This document shows, in pieces, positions 1 through 13,660 of a DNA stretch of 64,000 nt. The stretch spans positions 7,690,001-7,754,000 of the forward strand of contig NC_087438.1 in NCBI RefSeq assembly GCF_036321535.1, read 5' to 3'. Numbering within the stretch: position 1 is the stretch's first letter; every line of letters starts with the position of its first letter. The notes beneath the pieces were generated by a model. It did not search any database. It worked only from the letters and a program-made list of their open reading frames with translations, and was not told the origin of the DNA. The translations under genes were made by a program, and so were the position numbers. Source of the DNA: Camelus dromedarius. Lineage: Eukaryota.

Positions 1-394
1 TGGAGATCTACTTGTGACACCGTGGTGGAGTTAGAAGTGTACATCACTGCACATGATCAGTTCCTTCATATACAATAAAAAGCTGCAAAGACCTTTCAGG
101 GAGTCTTTTATCTGCACCTAGATTTCAGGACCTGATGTGTCTCTGTTACCTTCAATGATTACCTCAGTTCTAACATCTGTTTGGCGTATGGACAGCCATG
201 ACCAAGGAAAAATCGGAAATTGAGGATCAGGAAGACTAGGAATCAGGTGAAACTTTCCTCTCACTATTTCATTTCCTCTATTTTATTTTATTTTTTGTGG
301 TGGGGAGGGAGGAACTTAATTTTTTCTTAAGTGGACAACAAAAGGACCATAAGATCACTTTGAGAATTCAGGAGTTAGGGTGTTGGATTGTGCC

Positions 395-1199
395 TGTTGG
401 GGGTTCCAGAGCCCACTTTCAAATAATGACCAAAAAAGCCTGGTGAAATTATTGGTGCCGTACAGACTTGATGAGAAACAAGCCAGTTTCTGAGATCTGA
501 GGGGACCGGACGTGTTCGCACAGCGCTACATCAGGCAACAGGGACACTCCCTCGAGAGGGTCGGTTCAGAGACCCCGCCCTGCCTCTCTCCCAGGCTTTT
601 TCTGAAGGAGGGGTGCTTCCCTCTGTGGTGGACACATCTTTAAACTCAAGCACAGAGAACCCAGAACAATATAAAACTGTCCCTCTGTGTCACTCACCCA
701 TTCCATCTCCATCTAGATAATGATTTGCTATAAGCATTTTAACATAATTTCAATCATTACATGTTTTCCTATGTTGTACCTGGTGACGCCGGGCCAGTGG
801 CTAACAATTCCTCGCCAGTCCTTAATCACACCTTTTAGCCAAAGATAGGCTTTGTTTCTCATCTTGCCTTAGGCTAAAATGCATTTTGCTTGTTCAGTTT
901 CCTCTCATGCTGCTAGTTAGGCTAGGCTGCAGATCCTGACAAATGATATTGTTCTAGAAAGAAATGTCTTGAGAGGCCAAATGGAACCTAAGCCTGAAAG
1001 CATCCTTGCTGTTAACCATCCTTTTACACCTGTGGGTTCACTGATCTTCAGGAAAGTTAAAACAGAGGATTTGTGTTTACAACTTCAGGGCTCCATCTGA
1101 AAGCCCATCATTAGAACAATGCAAACATCCTGTTCTATGCTAATTTTTGTGCCCGCACGCAGAGCGGCCCCCCGTACTAAGCCTGCAGTAACTCCTACA
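395..1199 (-). mobile_element. Solo ERV LTR (about 805 bp, probably ERV1 class)
   Basis: TG...CA termini with an imperfect terminal inverted repeat (TGTTGGGG / CTCCTACA). Flanking 4-mers TGCC and TGTC match at 3 of 4. A degenerate polyA signal (AATAAT, minus strand) lies near 450. Confidence 0.55.
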
Positions 1200-1290
1200 T
1201 GTCAAAAATATTCTCTATTTAAGTAACAGTTTAAACTGCTGTATCAAAAATTATTTGGAATTCAGAACTAAACTGAAAAATCCCCTTTTA

Positions 1291-1447
1291 GGGAGAGGGT
1301 ATAGCTCAGTGGTAGAGCCCGTGCTTAGCATGCACGAGGTCTTAGGTTCAATCCTCAGTACCTCCGTCCAAAAAATTAAATAAATACATAAACCTAATTG
1401 TCTCCTCCCCCCAAATACAAAGATGAAAGTAATTTTTAAAAATAAGA
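1291..1447 (+). mobile_element. tRNA-derived SINE, camelid vic-1-like, full length
   Basis: A box TAGCTCAGTGG, B box GGTTCAATCC and an A-rich tail. 15-bp TSD AAAAATCCCCTTTTA (1276-1290) / AAAAATCCCTTTTTA (1448-1462). Confidence 0.9.
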
Positions 1448-4400
1448 AAAAATCCCTTTTTAAGGGTGGTAAAATATTTTTGTTCTTTTTAACTCAAAAG
1501 TTGATGAAGTAACTTTTAGATGAGGTTTCTAAGACAAAAACCAAACCAATCATCTTCCAGCCTTTTCATGGTCACCATTTTAAAAATTCTAAAAGTTCTT
1601 CCAGACCTTCGTCCATACACATGCCTGTTAACACAACTGTAGCCTGTAATCATGGTCTATTTATTTCTTTTTAATTTTTCACTTTTTTACTTAATATGAT
1701 TAAAATTTCACTTAATATGGTTAAGTGAAAAACAAACATTTTTCTGTATTTCAAGGTAGGCATCTTAATAACATTTTGTAATCAGGGAAGAATCTGCACA
1801 TTTCTCTGTGCAGACGCACCATCATTTACTAGAATGAACATTTGCCATGCTTTTCACCCCAAGCCATCTGTCTCTTGCTTCCAGGGTTGATACTGCTCCA
1901 CAGAGCCACTTCCCACTGACGTGGCCCCCACCCCACCGCCGGGGAATTGCCTTCGTGGACTGTGTTCCCTGGACTGATGCAGGGGCCTGGGTGTTCCTGG
2001 GAGCTCTCTCCGTGTGTTGTCATCTCCCTTTACAAAATGCTGTGTCTGTTTACAACATACTATGGTGGAAAGTTTTAGCGTGTTTTCTGTCTCTGGTGCG
2101 ACGGCTCTGTGATGGAATATGTTCTTTCTCTTCCTCTTTTCACTCCATACCTCTTTTTCCCTCCCATATTTGGAAAAACCCCCACTTACCTCTCTGATGA
2201 CTGCTCTGGATCGAGACCAAGAGGATGCCTGTCCGGGGCAGTGGGGCAGGGGCCAGTGTCCGCTGGGATGGGTGGAGGGGGCGAGCCCTCACTTGCAGTG
2301 TGCGATGCGAGATTCTCAGGCTTCCCGTGGAATCATCAGTAAAATCTCATTGCTCACTAAGTACAGTCACTTTTCTTTTTGAGAAATGTGACCACTGACT
2401 ACAACTCTAGGTCGGCACCAGGTGACCCCAAGGGACAACAGCCACATCTGGTCCTGTGGGTACATGTCCAGGACCACTAGCCCACTCCAACCCACGACCG
2501 TTCCAGGGTCAACAGTGCTGGCACCATGGGAGACTCTGTACTTTGAATTTATTATTATTCTCATGAAATATTTCCCTTTGTTTCTCTGCTATTTGCTCAC
2601 ATTTAAGTTCATTCGATGGACATTTCCTGAGTCCTTGCTGTGCGTTCGACACTGAAGGGATGACAAAGAGAAAGGTGACTAATGTCTGTGTTTTTCTTTA
2701 GAGCTTAAAAATGAAGTCGCATATATTGATTTCTCGGATACAAAATGGGCTCTGTCCTCAAATAAATTATGGCGACGTAAGAAAAATACCTTGGGTACCT
2801 GAATTCAGGAGTTTGAGCAAAATGAAACAGTGTCGAGGGGTGTAGGTATGAACCTTGCCAGAGAGCAGGCTTTTAAACCAACAGGGGACAGCTGTGCAAA
2901 ATGGCGGAATGGATTAGTATTCCTAATGCCTGACAATAATGAAGGGATTCCGAATGAATGGCCATGTATTTTTTAATAGACTGAGACAAATAGTCTATTC
3001 AGAAAAATGAAGAATCAAAATGACTGGCAGCTTTGCTTGCTTATTTTTGTCCTTTTTAAAACTTACTTCTTTATGGAGAGGAGGGTGGTGATGGCAAACC
3101 ACAGGAGTGACGGGCGCTTGGGGTCACGGGTCTGCTCTGGGGCTGCCACGGACGCTTCTGTTTGGATTTGCTGCCGTGGCCTGCGGCAAAGCAAGTCTGT
3201 AGTTTTCGCTCTGGAAATAGTGTTCAGTTCAAGGTAAGTGAAAAAAAAAAAAAAGATATGAGCATCTGTCTCTTCTGAATACGTTCCGCTTTTGACAAAC
3301 GTTTCTTCACAATTTTGTTGTTCAGATGCGCTAGGTTTGCAGACGGCTACATAAAAGTCCTTGATATGAACTCTTACATTAAACCGCTCTGGAAGTTCAT
3401 GATGAAATGAAGGCAGTCTAGTAAAGGCATCTATTCAGTGGTACTTAGGATACAAAGATTTTTTTTTTTTTTTTTTTGGCAGCACAAATGAGACAGAACA
3501 TTCCATGGCAATTTTCTGTGTAATTGTGAGAATGCTGTATTTCGGTTTTGGAATCTGCCCGAGATGCCGGTCATAGGTTCTCAGACAGAACACAGGGGAA
3601 GCAGACATCCCAGGGAGGTCTTTGGAATTGCTCGGCTGCCTGGAAGTCCACAAAAAATCTTCATCACAACCAGCTCTGGCAATTCACAGAAGATTTTTCA
3701 AATTCAGAGAAACTGAATCTGTTGAACATAAAAAAGGAAGAACAAAATTTACTCCTCTGTAGAGGCGATCATGCTCCTATTTACAATGTAAAGGAAATGT
3801 CGGTTATGCATTCTGTGTCGGCCCTTTAGAATTCTTCCAGCTCCACTAAACCAGCGGGGAGAACAATAAAAGCAATCAGCCACGAGGTTTGTTTTGCTAA
3901 GCTGTCCCTCCTGTCCCATATCCATGCAGTCGCACATCAGTGCAAAGGGACAGTGCCAGATTCCTTGTTAGCATTTGTTTATGTCTGCAAAGCAGCTGAC
4001 ACACAGTCACTGAGCACTGAGGATGCACTGGACACCATGCTGGGGCCACCGTGCTGCCCACAAATGCCAGAGCCTCTGCCTTCACGGAGTCTGCAGAGTG
4101 ACAACCCTTGTCCTGCCTGTAATGGATAATTAAACAGCTTCATTTTGTGTGATGAGTTTAATGATCATCTAGGTACCAAGGTCTCCTCTGCTTTTGGCGC
4201 AGCCAAGTGGGGCATGGAGTGACCAGTGGGCAGGGGCTGCTCTTTCTGGCCAGAGAAACCGCTGGTGGTCTCTCTTTTTTCCATGCATTGCTTGGTGCAT
4301 TCAAGTGTCATCATTTCTCTGGGTGTCATGGTATGAGTGTTGGAAAGCACCGGGGTGGAGGATGGACCCCTGGAGGAGAGGATGGCGAATACAAGTCTTC

Positions 4401-7400
4401 AAGTTCGAGAAAGAAAATTTTAGGCGAAGCTAGAGTATATGAGAAAGTATGGATACCAGCTGTATTGTGACATCAGGGCAACAGTTAGTGTTTGGTACAG
4501 CTGGAGAGAAGGGGGGGGGAGCAAGGAGGATGGGAGAGGTGAGGGCAGAGGCACGAAGAGCTTTGTAAGGTGCTTCATCTCCCTCCCAAAGTCCGGGCAG
4601 AGCCCTTGAAAGATCATAAGCAGGGGCATGACTCCATCTGGTCTGCTACAGGGAGGACGTGGAGGATGGGAACGGGCCAGCATGTGAGCTGAGCGAGCAT
4701 CTTGGGAGGGTTTGTGAAGATCCAGGGGAGATGTGATACAGGCCCCAACCAAGGCAAAACGATTGTTAGTTACAGAATCTTTTGCAAATTGCACAGTGAA
4801 CTGTAAAAGCTGACTTTAAAATACTCTGGAGGAGATTGCCTCTTTGAATTGAAGATCTGTAACTACCAATTAGGGCAAATGAATGTATTATTATTGATTC
4901 TTTAATTTTAGGCCATAAAGAAATCATGACATGAAGTTATGAGAATTACAGCCAAATTTAAAGAAACCTTCTGTGTTGTTATTGTTGTTTTTAATAGGGT
5001 GGAATTGGCTCAAAGGAGGATGCATCTCTGAATCTATTTAGAAATTTCTTATATAGACATTGTCGGAGGTGGTTTGACAATAAAACTAGGAGAAAGGAAG
5101 AGGTGACCTCACTGTTTCTGCCTTAATTCCTAAAGTGTGATGGTTAATCTCATACCTGGGGATTTGTGCCTCAGCCACCGGTCTCCTACTATTTGCCTTC
5201 AGTCTTTGGAAACCAATGATTCCAATGTGACAGACTGAAGTTCACGCATCCCCACTGAGACCCAGTACACTGCCAACGTGCAGACGTGTGTAAAGGCGTT
5301 ACGTGAAGACTCTTCTGGAACGTTTATGTTCCAAAAGGTAAGGCTTGAGTCACAGTATATCTCATTCTGAACCTTGCTGTAGGAGAATTTTGCTGAGTCC
5401 TAATGAATGTCTCAAATACAAGAAAGCAAATATCCTTAGTTTGGTAGTATTTGGAGTTTTCATGCCCAATCTCATACCCAAAGAGGGCTGCCCAAGAAGA
5501 GACAGTTGGGCTTGACTTTGATGTAAGTACTGTCTCAACTATAATAGTGCTTGAAGGGAGTGTTGGTGTGTTCTCTTTGAGAATCACATGGGGTCTTTGA
5601 GAATCACATTGGGTCAATTCCTCTGTGCACAGAGGCTAAAATGGGACTTACTTGAGAAGAGGATGGACTTCATGACTTAGATATTTTCCAGCCCTATTAT
5701 TCCGTTTTTTTCATGAGCCTTTTATTCCGCATCCAATAGAATAAGGTTTTTGAGAATGAGCTTTTGAAATTAATATGTTGAGATATTGCTAGAAGCTCTT
5801 TGAATAACGAGATGTTTTATTTCAAGAGCCAGGAATGAAACACTCAGCAGCATATTACTTCCAGGTGAAGTCGCGGCACTACGACAATTGTTACTCTTAC
5901 AGTAACTTGAAGGCGGTTGTAATTCTGAACTAATTAGAGGGTGCAAATGGAGACTTGTCATTTACATTTTTCTCCTGGCATGTATTGCTCATGCTTTTTG
6001 GCTTTTGGCATAATCAGTACTTCAGTCACAGTTTAAAGAAAGGGGTACATCTTGGAGGTGGATTAAACCAAGGCTTAGTTTCTTTGCCTCAACAATGAAA
6101 TGTGCCATCTTTAAGTGAAACTCATAACCAGTCATGGGGTTTAAAATCGTCTCTGGATCAAGAGGTAAGTGCTAAGTACAGGAATGAGTCAACTCTCATT
6201 TGGCTTTTGGGAGATATGCTAATTCTTCCCTGGAGAAAGACATTTTATCATGGAGACAACTTTGGATGTGGGCTTTGGAGAATTACAGACGGGGCTGAGG
6301 GTGGGGGAAAGAACATCTGTAACAGAGGAAGCGAGAGGGGAAAGAGCGTACAATGTGAGGCTGTTTGATATTTATTTCTTCACCAAAGGTTTATTGTGGT
6401 CTGTCATATGCCAGATACTCTTCTAAGCTCTGGGCACAGCAGCAAATTAAATGGACAAGTTCCCACTTTCCTGGAGGTCCAAAATGTTAGGACAGTGATC
6501 TCGGGAGAACGGAAACAAATAAAGTGATCTCTACAATGGCTCCAAAATGTTAATCAGTATCACACAGCTGACACTGGACAGGTGGGAGGTGTTATGGGTC
6601 CAAAGGAAGAAAGCCATGACACGCTGGGCCAAGGAACTGGGGCCCTAGTCTGCAGAGCTGGAGCTGACAGGTAATCCCCCTATTAAATGGCACCATGGCT
6701 CTGGCTTTTGTGATAGCAGAATCTCAGTCCTCCAAATATGCCCAGTTGCTGCTGGGAGCAAGACTCTTGACGTGCCTCTCGTGTGTCTGCATGGGTTTTC
6801 AACAGCCCTCGCCATGCCATCTTCACCCTGTTCTTCCTTTCTAGTTATGGCTCGCAGCTGCCCACACCGTGGCCCACACTGTTCCTAGGAAAATCTGTAC
6901 CCTGGCATCACCTCAGCCTTTGCCAAGATGGGGGAGGAGCCGGGAAGGTGGCAGTCAGGGGCTATGATTGCTCCTGAAGTTTCCATTCATCGGGGCATGC
7001 CAACAGGGCTGGTTTCCCTGAAGAGGTGGCTCAAGACCCCTGATACAGAAACTGTTAGCTCCCTTCCCAGATGGCCTCTATATTTGCCATTCCAAGACAC
7101 ACTGGTGGAGCCCCATCGGGCACAGCTTGAGGGCTTTCTCTTGGCTTACCTGCACAGGTCAGAAATCCTGGGCATAGGCACCGCAGGGGCATCCTGCAGC
7201 TGAAGATGGGTGGGAGTAGAGGATGAATACCCCAGTTTCTTGGCCATGTAAGTATTTTGCTCTGTAAGTTCTAGCTGCTTTGGCTTCCTTGGGCTCCATC
7301 CTTTGTCTTCTCAGCTCAGGGAGACTGCTTATTTGGGTTCCCCCTTCCTGGACGGCAGCCTGGACACCCTCCAGGCAGTCAGCTGGCACAACTGCGGGGA

Positions 7401-7549
7401 TTACCTCTTTGTTTCCCTGCTCCCGTGACCACGGTCCTGAACTGCCTATTGTCCTTGTTTCATTTATGTTGTCCAGTTTCCTACTTATTTAAGAGTAAAT
7501 CCATTCCCTAGTACTCCATCGTGATTAGAAGCAGAAGTCCTTCATGTCA

Positions 7550-8370
7550 GCAATTAGTGAAGAAAGCATAGTCTTTCAACAGAAGGTGCTGGAACAATGG
7601 ACTGTCCCCATGGGAAAAGCTGGGCTTTGACTCCTACCTTCCAAGATAAAAAAAAAAAAAACCAAACAAACAAAATAACAAACAAACTCAACTTGATGTG
7701 GATCAAACCCCCAAATATAATAGTTAAAACTATAAAACACTGAGAAGAAACACAGGAGAAAAATCTACATATCTTTGGAGCAGGCAGAGATTTCCAGAAT
7801 TTGTAAAGCACTCTTACGACTGAGGCAAACAATCTATTAAAATAAGGGTAAAATATTTTATCAGTCTCTTTAAAGGAAAAAAAAAAAGATATTGTAGGAG
7901 GGAAGAAGGACATGAAAATTTGCTCAACATCATTATTCATCAGGGTGAAACAAATTAAAACCACAGTGAGATATTACTACTCACACATTAAAAGACTAAA
8001 GTTTGAAAACTGATAGTCTCAAGTGTTGGTGAGGATGTGGTACAGTTGGAACTCTCAGAAATTTCTGGTAGGTAAGTACACCAGCAACCTCTTAAGAAAA
8101 TAGTTTGGCAGTTTCTTATAAAGTTCTATATGTACTTATTTTTTAATCTTAAAATTCCATTCCTAGGTATTTACCCAAAAAGAAAGAAGATATGTATTTA
8201 CCACCACCCACCAAAATCCCAAGTATGCAATGTGCAAAAATGTCTTCTTCATAATGGTCCCAAAATGGCCTTCAAGAACTGGATGGATAAATAAATTGTG
8301 GTATGTCCGTACAATAGAACACCACTCAGAACAAAAAGGAATGAAGTACATGTACATGTGTTAAAAAAGA
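7550..8370 (+). mobile_element. Old L1M fragment (ORF2 3' end and 3' UTR)
   Basis: Degenerate L1 motifs: TCAACATCATTATTCATCAGGG, AAGTGTTGGTGAGGATGTGG, TTCCATTCCTAGGTATTTACCC, ATGGATAAATAAATTGTGGTAT. Confidence 0.8.
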
Positions 8371-9393
8371 CAAACAAACCTAAACAGAGGCCATAGTTTG
8401 AAGATATCCTTAAGAAAACCGCCCTTGATTTTCCCAAAAGACTGACTCTGACCTTCACCGGCAAGATCATGAGCCAGTGGGCAGCTCCTCCCCTTGGGGA
8501 GGCGGGACTAGATCTGGCGTGTTCTCCGCTCCCCACCCCCAACCCCACTCCAGCCCCTGCCTCTGATGCTACCTGCCCCCAAGCTGGGGTAGGGGACAGC
8601 AGAAATGTCCTGCAGCATGAGGGCTGGGGCCTCCCCCACACCCATGAGGAACTGAGGGTGATTTGAATTGAAATGAGTTTGGATGTGGAAACACTTACAG
8701 TTCTTGCACACTGGAGATTATGGACCGAGGTAATTCATCCCTCTATGGCCTGGTGTGCTGGCACTGGGGATTTGGGTGGACTGTGGAAGGATGGGCCTTC
8801 TACAGTGCACTGTCCTTCTAGTTCTGGAGGAGAAAGTGAGACAGGAGGGCCCTGGCTCCTTGGATGGGTTGCAGCATAGACTTGTGTGGCTATTTCCAGA
8901 GCTCTGTGCCCCACATCAAGGGGAGACATGGGAGATCGGGAGGAGGTTCAAGGTCTGGGGAGAGAAGATCAAGACTTCTTTAGCAACCCCCAGGCTGCAC
9001 AGGGATTGTGAATTCTCTCAGACCTCTAAGCTTACTTAGTGCCTAGGTAAAGAAAGACACACAGAGGTGTTTTGTAAGTGGGGATCCGATAGGATCTGGC
9101 ACAATACTCCAATGTCTTTTGGATTGTTTTTCTACATCCAACTTAATTCCCATTCAAAGCTCAATGTACTTCAAGTACACAGAGATAGAACTGCTTGTAC
9201 GAGAATGTTGGCTCAAACTGTTACTATCCCTCTAAAGCCAACATTAATATTGAAAAATCCACAATTTACCTCTGCCCTCCATCTCTCAGCCATCCACTTG
9301 GTATCACCAACAGTGATGGAGGAAGGAAGGCAGTGAAGAGCGAACTGAGGGACCGGTGAGTACAAAAGTCAAGATTGGAAAGAGGCTGGAATG

Positions 9394-9737
9394 CCTGTGT
9401 AGACAGCCCTTCACAAAACAAACAGACTCTCACACACGTAGAAAACAAATTTATGGTTACCGGGGGGGAAAAGGGGTGGGAAGGGGTAAATCAGGAGTTT
9501 GAGATTTGCAGATACTAACTAACATACATAAAATAGATAAACAACAAGTTCATACTGCATAGCACAGGGAGCTATATTCAATATTTTGTAGTAACTTATG
9601 GTGAAAAGGAATATGAAAATGAATACATGTATGTATGACTGAAGCGTTGTGCTGTACGCCAGAAATTGATACAACATTGTAAGCTGACTATACTTCAATA
9701 AAAAACATATATACACAAATTTTTAAAAAAGAAAAAT
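9394..9737 (+). mobile_element. 5'-truncated L1 (3' UTR), relatively young
   Basis: L1 3' end (...GCTGACTATACTTCAATAAAAA) with an A-rich tail. Perfect 15-bp TSD AAAGAGGCTGGAATG at 9379-9393 and 9738-9752. Confidence 0.9.
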
Positions 9738-11149
9738 AAAGAGGCTGGAATGAAAGAGAAGATGGGTCTTTCTGGGATTGAGGAAGAGTGAAGATAAAGG
9801 CTGCTGGTTTAAGAGAAACTGAATTGTGGTCTCTTCGGGTCAGTCTCGGAAAGGGTCACATGTTTTCTTCATAGGTGCTTTTCCTGGCCACCTCTCCAAT
9901 CTAAAACTCATTTTCATGGGGCCATATTCCTTCCTTCCTTCCTTCTTAAAAAAGAAGAGAAGCATGTCACTCTCCGGCAATGGAAGAGGGAGGAGACAGG
10001 GCTGCGGAAGAGCTTGGTTTAATTATCAGGCCACGTCAGGTATTTCAATGTTCCTGCATCAGCAATTCTGAGTACGTGTCGCTTTTCTCACCAGAAGCTA
10101 TTTTTTAATTAAGTTAAAGTTGTCCGCTGTCTCACCGTTGATTTTCTCTTTTAAAAAGTCGTGCCAGACCTTCCTGTAAGCAACGTCAGAATAGCCTCTT
10201 TTCACGTTTAGGGCGGCAGTCATTCGGCAAAGATTTGCTGAGCCTGTGGGAATCTCACTACCAAAGTGATCGTAATGGTGTTTTAATGTCTGAACTCCTC
10301 TGTTCTTATGTGTGAGGTTACCAACTGGATAAAAGAAATGGCTTTGACATTCTGCTGGTTACTGGAGTTTGGAAAGTGCCCCTGAAGGGTGGAAGGTTTG
10401 TGAGGTTTTCTGTACCAAATGAGAAACAGTTAAACCATCAAACCTTCATTGATATCCACAATGCATTAGGGTTTTGTTTTTTTTCAGTCTCTTCATAAAT
10501 ACATTGATATATTGTTGAGTGAATGGTTATGGTAGAAGAAATAAAGATCTTCTGGATAGCCATACCTCAAAAATTAAGAAACAGGTTTAAAAAGCTGTTC
10601 ATAGTTTATAATAGGAGAGATGTGTCTTCAAAGGAAAGGTTTGCATCCCCCAAAGAGAGGCTTAGTAGTATTCTGGGACTATTTGAAAAGACCTCACATA
10701 AGATGTATTTATTATTTTACAGAGTCTTATAAAACACCCTGTTCACAGAATAGAGGTCATTTTTATTGGTATTACCTCTAAGTATGATTTCTGATCAATG
10801 GTTTGAGTAAAATGGAGAATGAGTCAAAAGAAATTAACTAAAGTGTTAAATCATCATTTTTTCAGACTGTTACCTTGCTTAACATCTCTCCTACATCAGG
10901 GGCCCAAGAACCATCACCTGGCCAACTTCTCTGTCAAATGCTGCTCCTGTTCCCCAAATCTCATAAGCTTCCCTTTCAATTAAATAGTAGTACAATTCCT
11001 TGCTGGTTAGTTCCTTGGACATGTCCAAGTCTTTTCCAAGAGTTAGATAATTTCTCTGCAGAGACCCACCTCATTATTTTTGTGTAACCTGTCCATTATT
11101 GCAATAACTTCCCTTCTCCTGACAATTACGTAGCACACTTTTGTGTCAC

Positions 11150-12230
11150 CACATTTATTGGGCACCCTCAATTCCATGCCAGGCAGTGGGTCAGAAGCTC
11201 AAGACATCAAGATGCCCAGGGTGGACCTCAAGTTGCCTTTTGTTTTGGAAACAGTAAAGCAAACCCATGATTATGATACACAGTGAGGAAGACATAATAG
11301 AGTTAGCAGCAGGTGCTATGAGAAGGGACAGGGGTCCACATCAGACCACAGCATCGTGGAACCCTTCCCCAGGGCAATGGTGTTGAGTCTGAGCCTTGAG
11401 GGACTCATGGGAGTTGAAGAGTGGCGATGTGCGTTCCGGATATGAAGGACAGAAGGTCGTGAAGACTTTGTGTCGTGGCCTCTGTTTCGGGTGGTTGTAA
11501 GGACAAGTATGCTAGAACGTTTCAGGACCTACTGCGGAGGCAATTTCTGATTGGGAAGCGTTTTGATATTCAGACTTGATGCTGAAAGTTCTCAGAAGGG
11601 AATTGAAAGGCAGAGCAGCACTATGAGATGATTAACATTGCAGAGGAATAGATCTGGCCCAAGTGTGGAATGTAGGTTAGAGGGGGCACATTCTAGAGAA
11701 AGGGGAGCCAATGAGGCTGCTGTTTCAGGAGCCCAAGTGAGAAGAAATAAGGGCCTGATAAAAGCAGAAACTGGGGAGGAAAGGAAAGTGTGGGACTGAG
11801 GAATATCAAGGCAACTGAACTGGTTACTGATACGAGCAGAGGAGTGAGGCAGAAGGATTTATTTACAATGACCGTCACTGCTGCCTGGGCAGTGGGGCCA
11901 TCCTTTGCACAGGGGGATGTAGACACGGGGAGGCTAATGGAGGGTTGGTGGAGAATGAACCCATGTGTACCTGTGCGAGGTCCAAGGGAGAAGTTAGGAA
12001 GGTAGTCTCACATTTCAGTCTGGACCTTGGGGCGCTGGTCTTGACCAGAGATCTGAACTTGTAGGTACTCAGCAAACAGCTGATGGTTCAGATCACTGAT
12101 TTACATAAAGGGAGGGCACAGAGCAAGAAGAGGAGACGTTGAGGATGATCAGCATTAGGGAGTGAATGGAGGAGGAAGAATCCAAGGCAACACCAGGAAA
12201 GGAGCTGTCAGGGAGATGGAGGGAGGGCTG
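11150..12230 (-). mobile_element. L2 LINE remnant
   Basis: Begins with CATTTATTGGGCACC...GCCAGGCA (reverse complement of the L2 3' end) and continues as purine-rich degenerate L2-like body. Confidence 0.6.
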
Positions 12231-13413
12231 GAATTTTCCAGAATCTTCACTTCTCATCCCAAATGAATTGCCGTGGAGCTGACACGCCTCTCTCCACCAC
12301 TGCCAGCTCCATTTTCTTTCCTCTTGTGAATTCCTCAAGAAGAGTAGAAATATTTCCTTTCACCATGCAAGTCCCCAGATTCAGCTAAATTCATACAATG
12401 ATGGGCCCGTCTCTCAGGGACCTAATGAATTACTGGGCTTTGTGCTTCACTACTACTTTTGGTTCTATGTCCTAAAGAAAGGTACTTCTTTTTAGACTTG
12501 GGATATTATTAAAATTCCCTTCTACAGAAACAAACTAAGCCTACCAATTTCAGATCACAGATACTTTAAAAGAATGGTGCACAGTTTAGAGAAAATTTGA
12601 ATAAATAAAAACACTTGGCTACAGTTAAGATATCTTTCATTAACATATAATTTTTGTCAGTCACTACTCAGCCTATTACATGTTTTCACACAAGTTTATG
12701 AAGAACTAATTCACTCTGGTATGATTTTATTCCTCAGCACTTGTCCTTTATTGAAAGACCCTAAATCAGTTTTTCCAGGTCTCAATGCCCCTATAACTTT
12801 TCTTTTGCTTTCATTTGCTTCCATTTTTACTGTATCAGGGGAGCTCTGATTACACTGTATTGCAAACTCTTTGAGGTCATTCTCTTTTGTACTTACCCAA
12901 TTCTTTCCGTTGGAAATGACCAATAAATATATAACATGATGATTTGATTGCTTATAACTTATCAGAGAAATGGTCAGTTGGCTCTCCTTAGAGTCCAGCT
13001 CTTCCTTTGCTAACTGGTTCATTTTTAGACCCAGCAGTAATGAAATAACAAAATCAGATACTAAGATATGTTGGTTTATAGGAACATCTCAAGAAAAGGT
13101 CTCTTTCTAATAAAAAAGGAGCTTGACATAAATTTTTCTAATTGTTATTTTTTTTTTCTCTCACTGGCTATTTTAAAAAGTCATGTAATGTTAACCATCA
13201 TCTTTGAAACCCACTGTTTTTGGATACGCAGAAGGAAACTTACCCTTCAAACACCTTTGACCTGAACAGAATGAATTGAATAAAATTTAAAATAGAGATA
13301 TAAAAAATCTCCCATTAATAATTATTGTATTTTAATATCTTCTAGGTAAATTTTTAGTTGAAATAGGCCTGTAAGAGAGAAGGAGATCTAGTGGGCCCAG
13401 ACAGGATAGAGTG

Positions 13414-13660
13414 TGTATTAGCTTCCTGTTGCTACTGTAACAAATGAGCACAAGTGGAGTGGGTGAAAATGGCGCGAGTTGATCATCTTCCAGTTCTGGA
13501 GATGAGATGCCTGCAGCAAGTCCCACAGGGACGGAATGTGTCGGTAGGAGTGCGTTCCTTCTGGAGGCTTTAGGGTGGAGTCCATTCCCTTCTCTTTTCT
13601 AGCTTCTGGAGGCCGAGTGGATTCTCCATGTCTCTCCTCTCATGCCTTGCCCTTTTGCAC
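13414..13660 (-). mobile_element. MLT1 (ERVL-MaLR) LTR fragment
   Basis: TGTATTAGCTTCCTGTTGCTACTGTAACAAAT...TTCCTTCTGGAGGCT...TCTAGCTTCTGGAGGC matches the MLT1 3' end in reverse. Confidence 0.75.

Noticed and set aside
1291..1365. tRNA gene (A and B boxes, tRNA-like 5' end)
   Set aside because: It has a SINE tail and TSD, and two more diverged copies occur in the window, so it is a SINE head.
3231..3239. Consensus donor AAG|GTAAGT after a CpG-containing stretch (possible lncRNA exon)
   Set aside because: Similar donors occur near 6165, 8070 and 13862 with no linked exon structure, so it is unsupported without transcript data.
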